Shown: piece by piece, positions 56,466 to 64,000 of the stretch
Layout: the number at the start of each line of letters is the position of its first letter
Numbering within the stretch: position 1 is the stretch's first letter
Made by a program: the position numbers and the translations under genes
Origin: Campylobacterota bacterium
GTDB taxonomy: Bacteria > Campylobacterota > Campylobacteria > Campylobacterales > Sulfurimonadaceae
Assembly (NCBI GenBank): GCA_039714575.1
Contig: JBDLJE010000003.1
Coordinates: 294 to 64,293, forward strand
Direction of reading: 5' to 3'
Length of the DNA stretch: 64,000 bases
Notes under the pieces: generated by a model
What the model was told of the DNA's origin: nothing
Databases searched by the model: none
The model's input: the letters and a program-made list of their open reading frames with translations, nothing else

Positions 56466-57383
56466 ATGTCAACATATATCTTCGGACACACTAATCCGGA
56501 CTCTGACTCTATTGTCGGGGCTATCTCGCTTTCATACTTGAAAAACCAGCTTGGTGAAGAGTGTGTTCCTACACGTCAGGGCAAGATCTCTGCTGAGACA
56601 GAGTTCATCTTAAACAAGTTCGGCGGCGAGGTTCCTGAGCTTAAGACCTCGTATGCAGGCGAAGAGGTCTACATCATAGACTTCTCTGACTATGGTCAGG
56701 CACCCGATGACATTAAAGAAGCGACGATCCTGGGTATTGTAGACCACCATAAACTGGGCGACATCATCACGTCAACACCGTTGGAGTGCTGGATCAGACC
56801 GATAGGCTGTTCAAACACGGTGGTCTATGAGATGTACAAGTCATTTGATGTTGAGATCCCTAAGAACATTGCCGGGATGATGATGTGTGCGATCCTCAGC
56901 GATACGGTGATCTTTAAGTCACCGACCTGTACGAAGGTCGATACCAAAGCGGTCAAAGAGCTTGCCAAGATAGCGGGTGTCGAGGACTACAAAGCAGTGG
57001 GTATGGAGATGTTCATTGTCAAGTCGGCAGTTGAGGGTGCGACAGGCAGAGAGCTTAATACACGTGACTACAAGCCGTTTGACATGAACGGCAACAAGAT
57101 CGGTGTAAACCAGCTTGAGATGATAGACATCAGCGCCCTTGACGACAAAAAAGAGATGATCTTCGAAGATATGCAGAAGATGAAAGAAGAGGAGGGGCTT
57201 CATACGATGATGGTTCTTCTGACAGACATTATGAAAGAGGGCTCTCAGATACTTGTTCTCAGTGACGATGCCAGTAAAATAGAGAGTGGACTTAATGTAA
57301 AACTGGAGAACAACGAAGCGTGGCTTGACGGTGTACTCAGCCGTAAAAAACAGATCATCCCTTTTATCCAACCGCAGTTTTAA
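56466..57383 (+). CDS. ppaC: Manganese-dependent inorganic pyrophosphatase (family II, DHH)
   Basis: Motifs are IFGHTNPDSDSI, VDHHK and DHHA2-like SDT/GVNQLE. It is 305 aa. Confidence 0.9.
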   Translation: MSTYIFGHTNPDSDSIVGAISLSYLKNQLGEECVPTRQGKISAETEFILNKFGGEVPELKTSYAGEEVYIIDFSDYGQAPDDIKEATILGIVDHHKLGDIITSTPLECWIRPIGCSNTVVYEMYKSFDVEIPKNIAGMMMCAILSDTVIFKSPTCTKVDTKAVKELAKIAGVEDYKAVGMEMFIVKSAVEGATGRELNTRDYKPFDMNGNKIGVNQLEMIDISALDDKKEMIFEDMQKMKEEEGLHTMMVLLTDIMKEGSQILVLSDDASKIESGLNVKLENNEAWLDGVLSRKKQIIPFIQPQF

Positions 57384-57452
57384 CCACCTTTTATCTCGGA
57401 GCTTCCGAGGTAACCTTCTTCTAAAAAGATCACAATAACGCAAAGGACACAT

Positions 57453-59204
57453 ATGTCAGAACAGACATTTATCAAAGGTAAAGACCGCGACTTAGAGTCC
57501 ACAATAGAGACGATGCATGCCAAGCTGCAGGCCTGGGACATTCATGTCGAAGAGGCCTCTTGGTTGAACCCCGTCCCTTATGTCCACTCTCTGCATATCC
57601 GTGACAAAGAGTGCGCCCTCATGTTTACCAACGGCAAGGGTGCTGCTCAAAAGTCTTGTCTCGCCAGTGCCCTGGGTGAGTTCTTTGAGCGTATGAGCTG
57701 TAACTACTTTTTTGCCGACTACTATCTGGGCGAAGAGATCAGTAACGGGGACTTTGTCCATTACCCTAATGAGAAGTGGTTTATTGATGAAGATGAAGAA
57801 GATGAGATGCCGGAGGGTCTTTTAGACGACGATCTTTGGGAATTCTACGACCCCGAAGATGACCTTGAACCTGAAAACATCTTCGACTTTAACTCAGGTG
57901 CAGGTGAACGCGGCATCTGTGCGCTCCCGTTTACACGCCAAAGCGATGAAGAGACGATCTACTTTCCCGTTAACATCATCGGCAACCTCTATGTCAGCAA
58001 CGGTATGTCTGCCGGAAACAGTGTCAACGAGGCGAGAGTACAGGCACTTTCAGAGATCTGCGAACGTTATGTAAAAAACAAGATCATTGCCGAGGGGATC
58101 AGCCTGCCGGAGATCCCGCAAGAGGTCATTGCCCGTTTCCCGCACATCGAAGAGTCGATAGAGCAGCTGAAAACGCACGGCTTTAACCTGCGCATATCAG
58201 ATGCGTCAATGGGCGGTGTCTTCCCGGTCATCAGTGTCACCCTTATGAACCCTGCAGACGGTTCTGTTCTGGCCTCGTTCGGTGCGCACCCCTGTTTTGA
58301 GGTGGCATTGGAGAGAACTGTGACAGAACTGCTGCAAGGACGGGGGCTAGAGCAGGTCGATGACTTTACCGTTCCCTCTTTCAACAGAACAGAAGTGGCG
58401 GACAACCATAACCTCGTCGAACATTTCATCAACTCGACCGGACTCATCTCTTATGACTTTTTCAGAAAAGAGAAAGATTATGAGTTTGTAGACTGGAACC
58501 ACGACTCCGACACCCACACTGAGTTTGACTACCTCTGCGAGATCATCCATGAGAGAGACCTGGAGATCTACATCGCGGACTATCAGCACCTTGATGTCTA
58601 TACCTGCCGCATCATCGTACCGGGGATGTCGGAGATCTATCCGGTGGAAGACCTGATATGGAGCAACAACAACGAAGGTGCTCACTACAGAGAGTACCTG
58701 CTCTCTTTGGACACGCTTGGCGAAGAGGGGTGGGAGAGCGTCCTCGAAAACCTTGAAGACGAAGACCTGCAAGACGTTCAAAAAGTTGCGGAGTTCATCG
58801 GTGTTGCCGCCGACGCAGGTACCGGGTGGGCCTCTCTGCAGGTCGGTACACTTAAGGGAATGCTGGCACTGGCGCTCGAAGATTATGAGAAAGCACTTGA
58901 ATGGAACAGCTGGTCTCTGCATATCGGTGAGCTGAGCCGGGAGGAGAAGCAGCACCATCAATGTGTCAATGCGCTCCTGAAGATCGTGTTGGACGATGAG
59001 AAGAGCTATGGTAGCTACAGAGAGAGTCTAGAGCTTCTCTACGGTGCGAAGATGCTTCAGACCTGTGTTGACCTTGTTCAGAGCAAAACACAGTTCTACG
59101 GCCTCCATTTCCCTGGTCTGAGTCTGGAAGGGTTCACGACACATCAGGCGCTTCTTGGTGGTTATAAAAAACTGCATAAAGCAAAACAAGAGAATTGGAG
59201 TTAA
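57453..59204 (+). CDS. ycaO: YcaO-domain protein, E. coli YcaO type
   Basis: It is 583 aa. The N-terminus [25 protein letters not shown] parallels E. coli YcaO. It has the [23 protein letters not shown]-binding core and a TPR-like C-terminus. Confidence 0.8.
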   Translation: MSEQTFIKGKDRDLESTIETMHAKLQAWDIHVEEASWLNPVPYVHSLHIRDKECALMFTNGKGAAQKSCLASALGEFFERMSCNYFFADYYLGEEISNGDFVHYPNEKWFIDEDEEDEMPEGLLDDDLWEFYDPEDDLEPENIFDFNSGAGERGICALPFTRQSDEETIYFPVNIIGNLYVSNGMSAGNSVNEARVQALSEICERYVKNKIIAEGISLPEIPQEVIARFPHIEESIEQLKTHGFNLRISDASMGGVFPVISVTLMNPADGSVLASFGAHPCFEVALERTVTELLQGRGLEQVDDFTVPSFNRTEVADNHNLVEHFINSTGLISYDFFRKEKDYEFVDWNHDSDTHTEFDYLCEIIHERDLEIYIADYQHLDVYTCRIIVPGMSEIYPVEDLIWSNNNEGAHYREYLLSLDTLGEEGWESVLENLEDEDLQDVQKVAEFIGVAADAGTGWASLQVGTLKGMLALALEDYEKALEWNSWSLHIGELSREEKQHHQCVNALLKIVLDDEKSYGSYRESLELLYGAKMLQTCVDLVQSKTQFYGLHFPGLSLEGFTTHQALLGGYKKLHKAKQENWS

Positions 59205-59205
59205 G

Positions 59206-59439
59206 ATGAGCGATGAGCACAAAAACAACCCGCTTCACGGCATAACACTTAAGATGATACTGACTGACCTGGTTGAGCATTACGGCTGGAAAGAGTTGTC
59301 CAACTATGTCGAGATACGCTGTTTTTACAACGACCCCTCTATAAACTCAAGCCTGAAGTTCTTACGAAAGACACCCTGGGCAAGAAAGAAGGTCGAGGAG
59401 CTCTATATCGACATGCTCAAAGATAACGCCAAAAGATAA
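59206..59439 (+). CDS. VF530/DUF2132 family small protein
   Basis: The ATG at 59206 lies 1 nt after the ycaO stop. [60 protein letters not shown] matches the family signature. Confidence 0.75.
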   Translation: MSDEHKNNPLHGITLKMILTDLVEHYGWKELSNYVEIRCFYNDPSINSSLKFLRKTPWARKKVEELYIDMLKDNAKR

Positions 59440-59508
59440 GCACTTTCGTGTTGTAACATGCAGACGTAAATGATACAATGCATTTTGAATTTACATTAGG
59501 AATCATCA

Positions 59509-60723
59509 TTGATACATAAAGTCAAAAAATATGCCACGACCAACACCTTAGTCCTGCTGGGAATAGGGTTTGGTGTTCTCTTTGGGATCTACTTCCCCGA
59601 ACTTGCGCTGCAGCAAAAAGTCATCGGTTCAGCCTTTATCGCTTTTTTAAAGATGCTGGTAGTGCCGCTTGTCTTTGCAAGCATCTACACGGCCATTTTG
59701 GGTCTGGGGTCGCTTCACCACCTTAAGACCATCGGCGGGCGTACCATAGGGTTTTACGTTCTGACAACAGCCTTGGCCGTCGTCTTGGCGATCGTTGCGA
59801 TGAACATCTTTACGATCGGCGCACCGGTCAGCAGCGAGGGACTTGAGTTTGAAAAGGCTGCGACGATAGCACCGTTCTCTTTTCAGGCGATGATACTCAG
59901 TTTTATCCCGACGAATGTCTTTGGCTCACTGGCAAACGGTGCGATGATGCAGATCATTGTCTTTGCCATTCTTTTCGGTGTGGCGTCTCTCTATCTTAAA
60001 AAAGAGGAGCAGGACTCTATGAACCTCTTCTTTACAGCGGTGAGCAATGTCATGTTGAAGATGGCCGAGTGGGTTATCTTGATGACGCCGATCGGTGTGT
60101 TCAGTCTTATCTCTTATGTTATTGCAGAACAGGGCATCGATGTTATCTTGGATCTATGGTCATATATACTGCTTGTGGTAGGGGTTGTCCTCTTTCACGG
60201 CATCATCACACTGCCTGCAGTGTTGGCCTTTTTCGGCCGTGTTAACCCTTACCAATACCTCTCTGATGTCCGAGAAGCACCGATCATGGCCTTCTCTACA
60301 GCCTCATCTGCTGCGACGCTGCCGGTCTCCATGCGTGTTGTTGAAGAGATGGGTGAGGTCGATACGAAAACAGCCTCTTTTGTTCTGCCGCTTGGTGCAA
60401 CGGTCTCTATGGACGGTACGGCTGCATACCTGACGGTTGCGGTGCTCTACATCGCCAACCTTGCCGGCGTAGACCTTAGTTTTGGCGACCAGGTCCTTTT
60501 GGGTGTGACCGTTGTGGCCTTGAGTGTCGGTGTTGCGGCACTGCCGAGTGCCTCGCTGGTGATGATGGTCGTCATCTTAAACCAGATAGGCCTGCCTGTT
60601 GAGTACATCGCACTGATCGTTGCAGTTGACCGCATCTTGGATATGTGCCGTACCTCGCTTAACGTCACCTCCGACCTGGTGGTGACCAAGATCGTCGACC
60701 AGTATGAAAAGAGACGTGTTTAA
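59509..60723 (+). CDS. Dicarboxylate/amino acid:cation symporter (DAACS family)
   Basis: It is 404 aa and polytopic, with FSTASSAATLP and DGTA motifs typical of GltP/DctA/SstT-type carriers. Confidence 0.85.
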   Translation: MIHKVKKYATTNTLVLLGIGFGVLFGIYFPELALQQKVIGSAFIAFLKMLVVPLVFASIYTAILGLGSLHHLKTIGGRTIGFYVLTTALAVVLAIVAMNIFTIGAPVSSEGLEFEKAATIAPFSFQAMILSFIPTNVFGSLANGAMMQIIVFAILFGVASLYLKKEEQDSMNLFFTAVSNVMLKMAEWVILMTPIGVFSLISYVIAEQGIDVILDLWSYILLVVGVVLFHGIITLPAVLAFFGRVNPYQYLSDVREAPIMAFSTASSAATLPVSMRVVEEMGEVDTKTASFVLPLGATVSMDGTAAYLTVAVLYIANLAGVDLSFGDQVLLGVTVVALSVGVAALPSASLVMMVVILNQIGLPVEYIALIVAVDRILDMCRTSLNVTSDLVVTKIVDQYEKRRV

Positions 60724-60728
60724 GCTGC

Positions 60729-61412
60729 ATGCTGTCAATAGAGCTTCTTTATGAAAACAGTGCCTTTGTCCTTATAGACAAGCCTGCAGGCCTCAATTTT
60801 CACAGTGAAGAGGAGGCGGGGCTTGTCGTTCAGACAAAAGAGCTGCTGGAACTCGAAGAGCTTTACCCTGTTCACCGTCTGGACAAGATGACCTCGGGTC
60901 TGGTGCTTTTTGCCAAGACGAAAGAGGCGGCGCGTGAGTTTGGCAGGATGTTTGAAGCACGTGAGGTCGAGAAGTATTATCTGGCGCTCTCGCTGCGCAA
61001 GCCTAAGAAGAAGCAGGGGTGGATAAAAGGGGACATGCAGAGCGCGCGCCGCGGCAGCTGGATGTTTGCCAAGACCAATGATAACCCCGCTGTTACCCAG
61101 TTCCACTCAACAGCACTTCGAGAAGGCGAAAGAGGCTTTTTGGTCAAACCGCATACGGGAAAGACCCACCAGATCAGAGTCGCTCTTAAAAGCATCGGCT
61201 CGCCGATCGCCGGCGACATCCGTTATGCGCAGAGTGATGAGGCCAAAAAAGAGGAGAGAGGCTACCTGCATGCCTATGCGCTGCGTTTTACCTTTGAGAA
61301 TGAAGAGTATGCTTTTGTTCAAGCGCCGAAAGAGGGTGCACGTTTTTTAAGTGGAGAGTTTCGCGAGACACTCTCTTCAGTCTGGGCAAAACCGTGGGAG
61401 CTTTTTAGATGA
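60729..61412 (+). CDS. RluA-family pseudouridine synthase
   Basis: It has the catalytic motif HRLDKMTSGLVLFAKT and KTHQIRV. Confidence 0.85.
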   Translation: MLSIELLYENSAFVLIDKPAGLNFHSEEEAGLVVQTKELLELEELYPVHRLDKMTSGLVLFAKTKEAAREFGRMFEAREVEKYYLALSLRKPKKKQGWIKGDMQSARRGSWMFAKTNDNPAVTQFHSTALREGERGFLVKPHTGKTHQIRVALKSIGSPIAGDIRYAQSDEAKKEERGYLHAYALRFTFENEEYAFVQAPKEGARFLSGEFRETLSSVWAKPWELFR

Positions 61413-61915
61413 AAGAGATAGAGAATATCCTGCATGAAGGCGAAAGTGTCTTGGTCGATGCCAGTCTCTCAAAGACATTTTACAGTAGTATTATCTCTCT
61501 CTATCTTCTTGGTATTATTCTGTTTATGATCGGGTATGAGTATGAGATCGGTATCATCGGTGTGGTGCTCATCTTGCGAACGGCCTACATTCACTACTAC
61601 GAGGTCAAAGAGAAGGCCTCTTACCACTGTGTGTTGACACAAGAGCGCCTCATTATCCACAAAGGGTATAAAAAACGTGAGATCTTCCCCATCCCTCTTG
61701 AAGAGATCAGAACTATCTATGTCAAACCACTGAATGAACGTCTTAAAAATGTACTTGATGTGGGAACAATAGAGGTTCTTACAACCGATGGCGGCCGCTA
61801 CGTCATCAGCCATATCAAAGAGCCGTATGTCTATCATAAAGCGATCATCGGGGATGTTGTGAGTGCTACGAGTTATGCGAGTAAGAAGAAAAAAAGAGGG
61901 AAAGGTAGAGGCTAG
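61409..61915 (+). CDS. Bacterial PH-domain (YdbS-like) membrane protein
   Basis: Two TM helices are followed by ERLIIHKGYKKREIFPIPLEEIRTI. It has a Lys/Gly-rich tail and overlaps the upstream gene by 4 nt. Confidence 0.5.
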   Translation: MKEIENILHEGESVLVDASLSKTFYSSIISLYLLGIILFMIGYEYEIGIIGVVLILRTAYIHYYEVKEKASYHCVLTQERLIIHKGYKKREIFPIPLEEIRTIYVKPLNERLKNVLDVGTIEVLTTDGGRYVISHIKEPYVYHKAIIGDVVSATSYASKKKKRGKGRG

Positions 61916-61926
61916 ATAATATTCTA

Positions 61927-62478
61927 TTAATCAAAAAAGAGCATGTTGATAAACCCAAAAATTCCGATCGACAAGAAGAAATAACCAGCAATTGGAAAAT
62001 ACTTTTCATAATATTTATAAAATGCTTCGCCACCACTTTGCTTATATGTCAATTCTGTTACTCTTTGATAATCATCTTTAAACAACCATTTATTAATTTT
62101 GTCAGATTTAATACCATATAAACCTAATGTTATAATACTAATAGTGGCAAATTTAGCAAATGTTTCTTTGATAGATTGTGGTTTAAGTTCTGCTCCTATC
62201 AAAAAATTGTATGCAATGTAAATAGCAAATAACAAAAGGGTTGGCCCAAATATAAATAGTCCTATCTTCAAATTCGCTTTATTATATAATTTTTTATCCT
62301 CTTTATTGTTTTGCAACTCTTTAATGAAATTTTCAGATTCTTCCACAGCTTTTTTATGTGATTCAGAATAAAATCGTCTTATAAATTTAAGAATAGGTTC
62401 TATTGCTAATGTTATTAAGAATAAGCCAATAAAATATGGATTCGTTATTAGCAAAATAAAATCTTCCCAACTGTTCAT
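61927..62478 (-). CDS. Hypothetical membrane protein (AT-rich islet)
   Basis: It is 183 aa with about 4 TM helices and no recognised family. Confidence 0.55.
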   Translation of the reverse strand: MNSWEDFILLITNPYFIGLFLITLAIEPILKFIRRFYSESHKKAVEESENFIKELQNNKEDKKLYNKANLKIGLFIFGPTLLLFAIYIAYNFLIGAELKPQSIKETFAKFATISIITLGLYGIKSDKINKWLFKDDYQRVTELTYKQSGGEAFYKYYEKYFPIAGYFFLSIGIFGFINMLFFD

Positions 62479-62588
62479 ATCAAATACCTTTTAGATTGTA
62501 TAACGTTTGTCGTGACCGATAGTTTTCCGGTAAACTATTGCGTTCCACGTATTTATTATATATTTTGATATAAAAACACTTCAATTAA

Positions 62589-63107
62589 CTATTTATTATA
62601 TTTGTCTAATTCAAACTGTTTCCATAGCGAATATAAATCCAGACCATTATTCATAGATTTTTTAGCCCAATAAGCACATTGCTTTAAATCTTTAGGTACA
62701 CCTTGCCCTAAACAATATGCCTTAGCTAAATTATGCTGAGCTAAACCATCATCTAATTTAGCTGCCTTTTTGTACCATTCCACAGCTTTTTTCTCATTTT
62801 TTGATACTCCTATACCATGAGCATACATGTATCCAATATTTATTTGTGATGATGTGTTCCCTTGTTTAGCTGCCTTTTTATACCATTCAATTGCTTTCTT
62901 TGTATCTACCGGCATTCCTTCACCCTTAGCATACATGTAACCCAATAAATGTTGTATTGAAGAGTCGCCTTGCTTAGCTAAAGGTTTGATGTATTGTAAT
63001 GCTTTTTTATAATTTGCTTGTTTATATAATTTAATGGCATGCTGAGGATCATTTGCGTTAAGATATGAAAAAAATGATATAGCTAACAGTAAAAATAATT
63101 TATTCAA
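62589..63107 (-). CDS. Sel1-repeat (Hcp-like) secreted protein
   Basis: It has a TTG start and a signal peptide. Three or four Sel1 units are visible (GEGMPVDTKKAIEWYKKAAKQG, GIGVSKNEKKAVEWYKKAAKLD, GQGVPKDLKQCAYWAKKS). Confidence 0.8.
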   Translation of the reverse strand: MNKLFLLLAISFFSYLNANDPQHAIKLYKQANYKKALQYIKPLAKQGDSSIQHLLGYMYAKGEGMPVDTKKAIEWYKKAAKQGNTSSQINIGYMYAHGIGVSKNEKKAVEWYKKAAKLDDGLAQHNLAKAYCLGQGVPKDLKQCAYWAKKSMNNGLDLYSLWKQFELDKYNK

Positions 63108-63143
63108 GATATAGTTTCCTTTTTAATATATAACGTTCGACTT

Positions 63144-63179
63144 GAGAAATAGTTGCACTCTCAGGGTCAACTATTTCTC
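63144..63179 (-). terminator. 12-bp perfect hairpin overlapping the stop of the 63167..63553 gene
   Basis: gagaaatagttg (63144-63155) pairs with caactatttctc (63168-63179), with a 12-nt loop. No T-run follows. Confidence 0.35.
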
Positions 63180-63553
63180 ACCAAAGTTTTGTTAGTTAAC
63201 TCAATAGGCTGCTCTGGCCATCCTTTTGTCATACCGTAGATAAATAATACTCCTACTGCAGTTCCAATTGGAAATCCAAATAGCATTAAAATTCCAATTA
63301 TAATAGTAGTATATTTAGCCCATTCCTTTTGTAATAAAAGACCTTTAGCGGTTATATAAAATAAGATTGCTGTAATCAAGGCGGTAATTGCTGAGGGGAT
63401 TGAGAGTATAGATAAAACTGTAAAAACAGCATCTTCAGTTTGTGCAAAACTACCATACAAAAACATACCAAGTAAAATTACAAAACCGATAATGTTAAGC
63501 CATGCTAAAAACTGTAGTATACCTATCGACCATGTGAATGACGTAAATTTCAT
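63167..63553 (-). CDS. Hypothetical 4-TM membrane protein
   Basis: It is 128 aa and almost entirely hydrophobic helices. Confidence 0.55.
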   Translation of the reverse strand: MKFTSFTWSIGILQFLAWLNIIGFVILLGMFLYGSFAQTEDAVFTVLSILSIPSAITALITAILFYITAKGLLLQKEWAKYTTIIIGILMLFGFPIGTAVGVLFIYGMTKGWPEQPIELTNKTLVRNS

Positions 63554-63717
63554 TTGTTTCCTTTAACTAACTATTTATTCAACGAACATATTATCATTTT
63601 ATATCTTCATATCAATATTAAACAACATAAAAAGTTAGTATTTATTTGCATATTTATTGCATTTTGTCATGGTTCTGAGAGTTTTTCTTATATTATCACT
63701 ATAATAGATAGGGTTTT

Positions 63718-64000
63718 TTAACTCTTACCCCGTTGTGAACGGTTTATGAGATAGACCCCAAAGAGCGTCACCGCCCCTCCGATGACGATATGCAGCTCTA
63801 CGCTCTCTCCCAAAAGAAAATAACTGGTGATCAAAGCAAAGATAGGCACCAAGAACATGTAGGAGCTGGCGTGGGCTGAGCCGAGTTTTCCTGAGGCTAT
63901 GAAGTAGATGGTGGTTGCCACGGTCTGTCCAAAAACGGCTAAGTAGAGCAGAGCTGACCAGAAGGCCAACCCTTCGTCTGCTACCGCCATCACCTCATAG
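63718..64000 (-). CDS. EamA/DMT-family transporter, C-terminal part (5' end beyond the window)
   Basis: The frame stays open to nt 64000. ALLYLAVFGQTVATTIYFIASGKLGSAHASSYMFLVPIFALITSYFLLGE is a typical EamA repeat. Confidence 0.75.
   Translation of the reverse strand, partial: YEVMAVADEGLAFWSALLYLAVFGQTVATTIYFIASGKLGSAHASSYMFLVPIFALITSYFLLGESVELHIVIGGAVTLFGVYLINRSQRGKS

Noticed and set aside
61927-63553. Integron gene-cassette array hypothesis for the AT-rich three-gene islet
   Set aside because: The inter-gene hairpins lack the RYYYAAC / GTTRRRY attC core sites. There is no intI integrase or attI nearby, and the shared motif looks more like a -10 box plus SD.

Overview
This is a 64-kb chromosomal window, probably from a Campylobacterota (Sulfurimonas/Sulfurovum-like) genome; that assignment is an inference from protein sequence flavour only. 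Most of it is housekeeping backbone: trmA, gltB-gltD, accD, thiE, rlmH, a dksA-like gene, dus, uvrA, a recO-like gene, ppaC, ycaO, c-di-GMP enzymes, a CDF exporter, a Lol-like ABC module, and a GtrA/GT2/GT39 glycosylation trio. I saw no rRNA, tRNA, CRISPR array, transposase or integrase. Five things stand out. (1) A tightly packed four-gene membrane operon (17630-22378) encodes a MotA/ExbB-like channel with a long ZorA-like helical tail built partly of 26-aa repeats, a MotB/ExbD-like single-TM partner with no recognisable OmpA domain, a TM-anchored vWA-like protein, and a 4-TM coiled-coil protein. It sits outside any flagellar, Tol, TonB or classical Zorya context and is my best candidate for an undescribed ion-driven system. 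(2) A 3.8-kb AT-rich insertion (47715-51515) carries a secreted protein and an 888-aa WD40 protein. It is bracketed by two 246-bp copies (223/246 identical) of the 3' end of a SWIM-SNF2 helicase gene; the displaced copy is absent from the ORF track. (3) A 5'-truncated giant cadherin/LVIVD surface protein contains perfect 72-bp and 96-bp internal DNA duplications. (4) An orphan-rich variable stretch (51.8-56.3 kb) includes a delta-60-repeat lipoprotein. (5) An AT-rich three-gene islet (61.9-63.6 kb) has a shared upstream motif and hairpins. Smaller items include an unlisted 50-codon ORF and a 108-nt hairpin element. All functional calls come from motif recognition by eye; no database searches were run.
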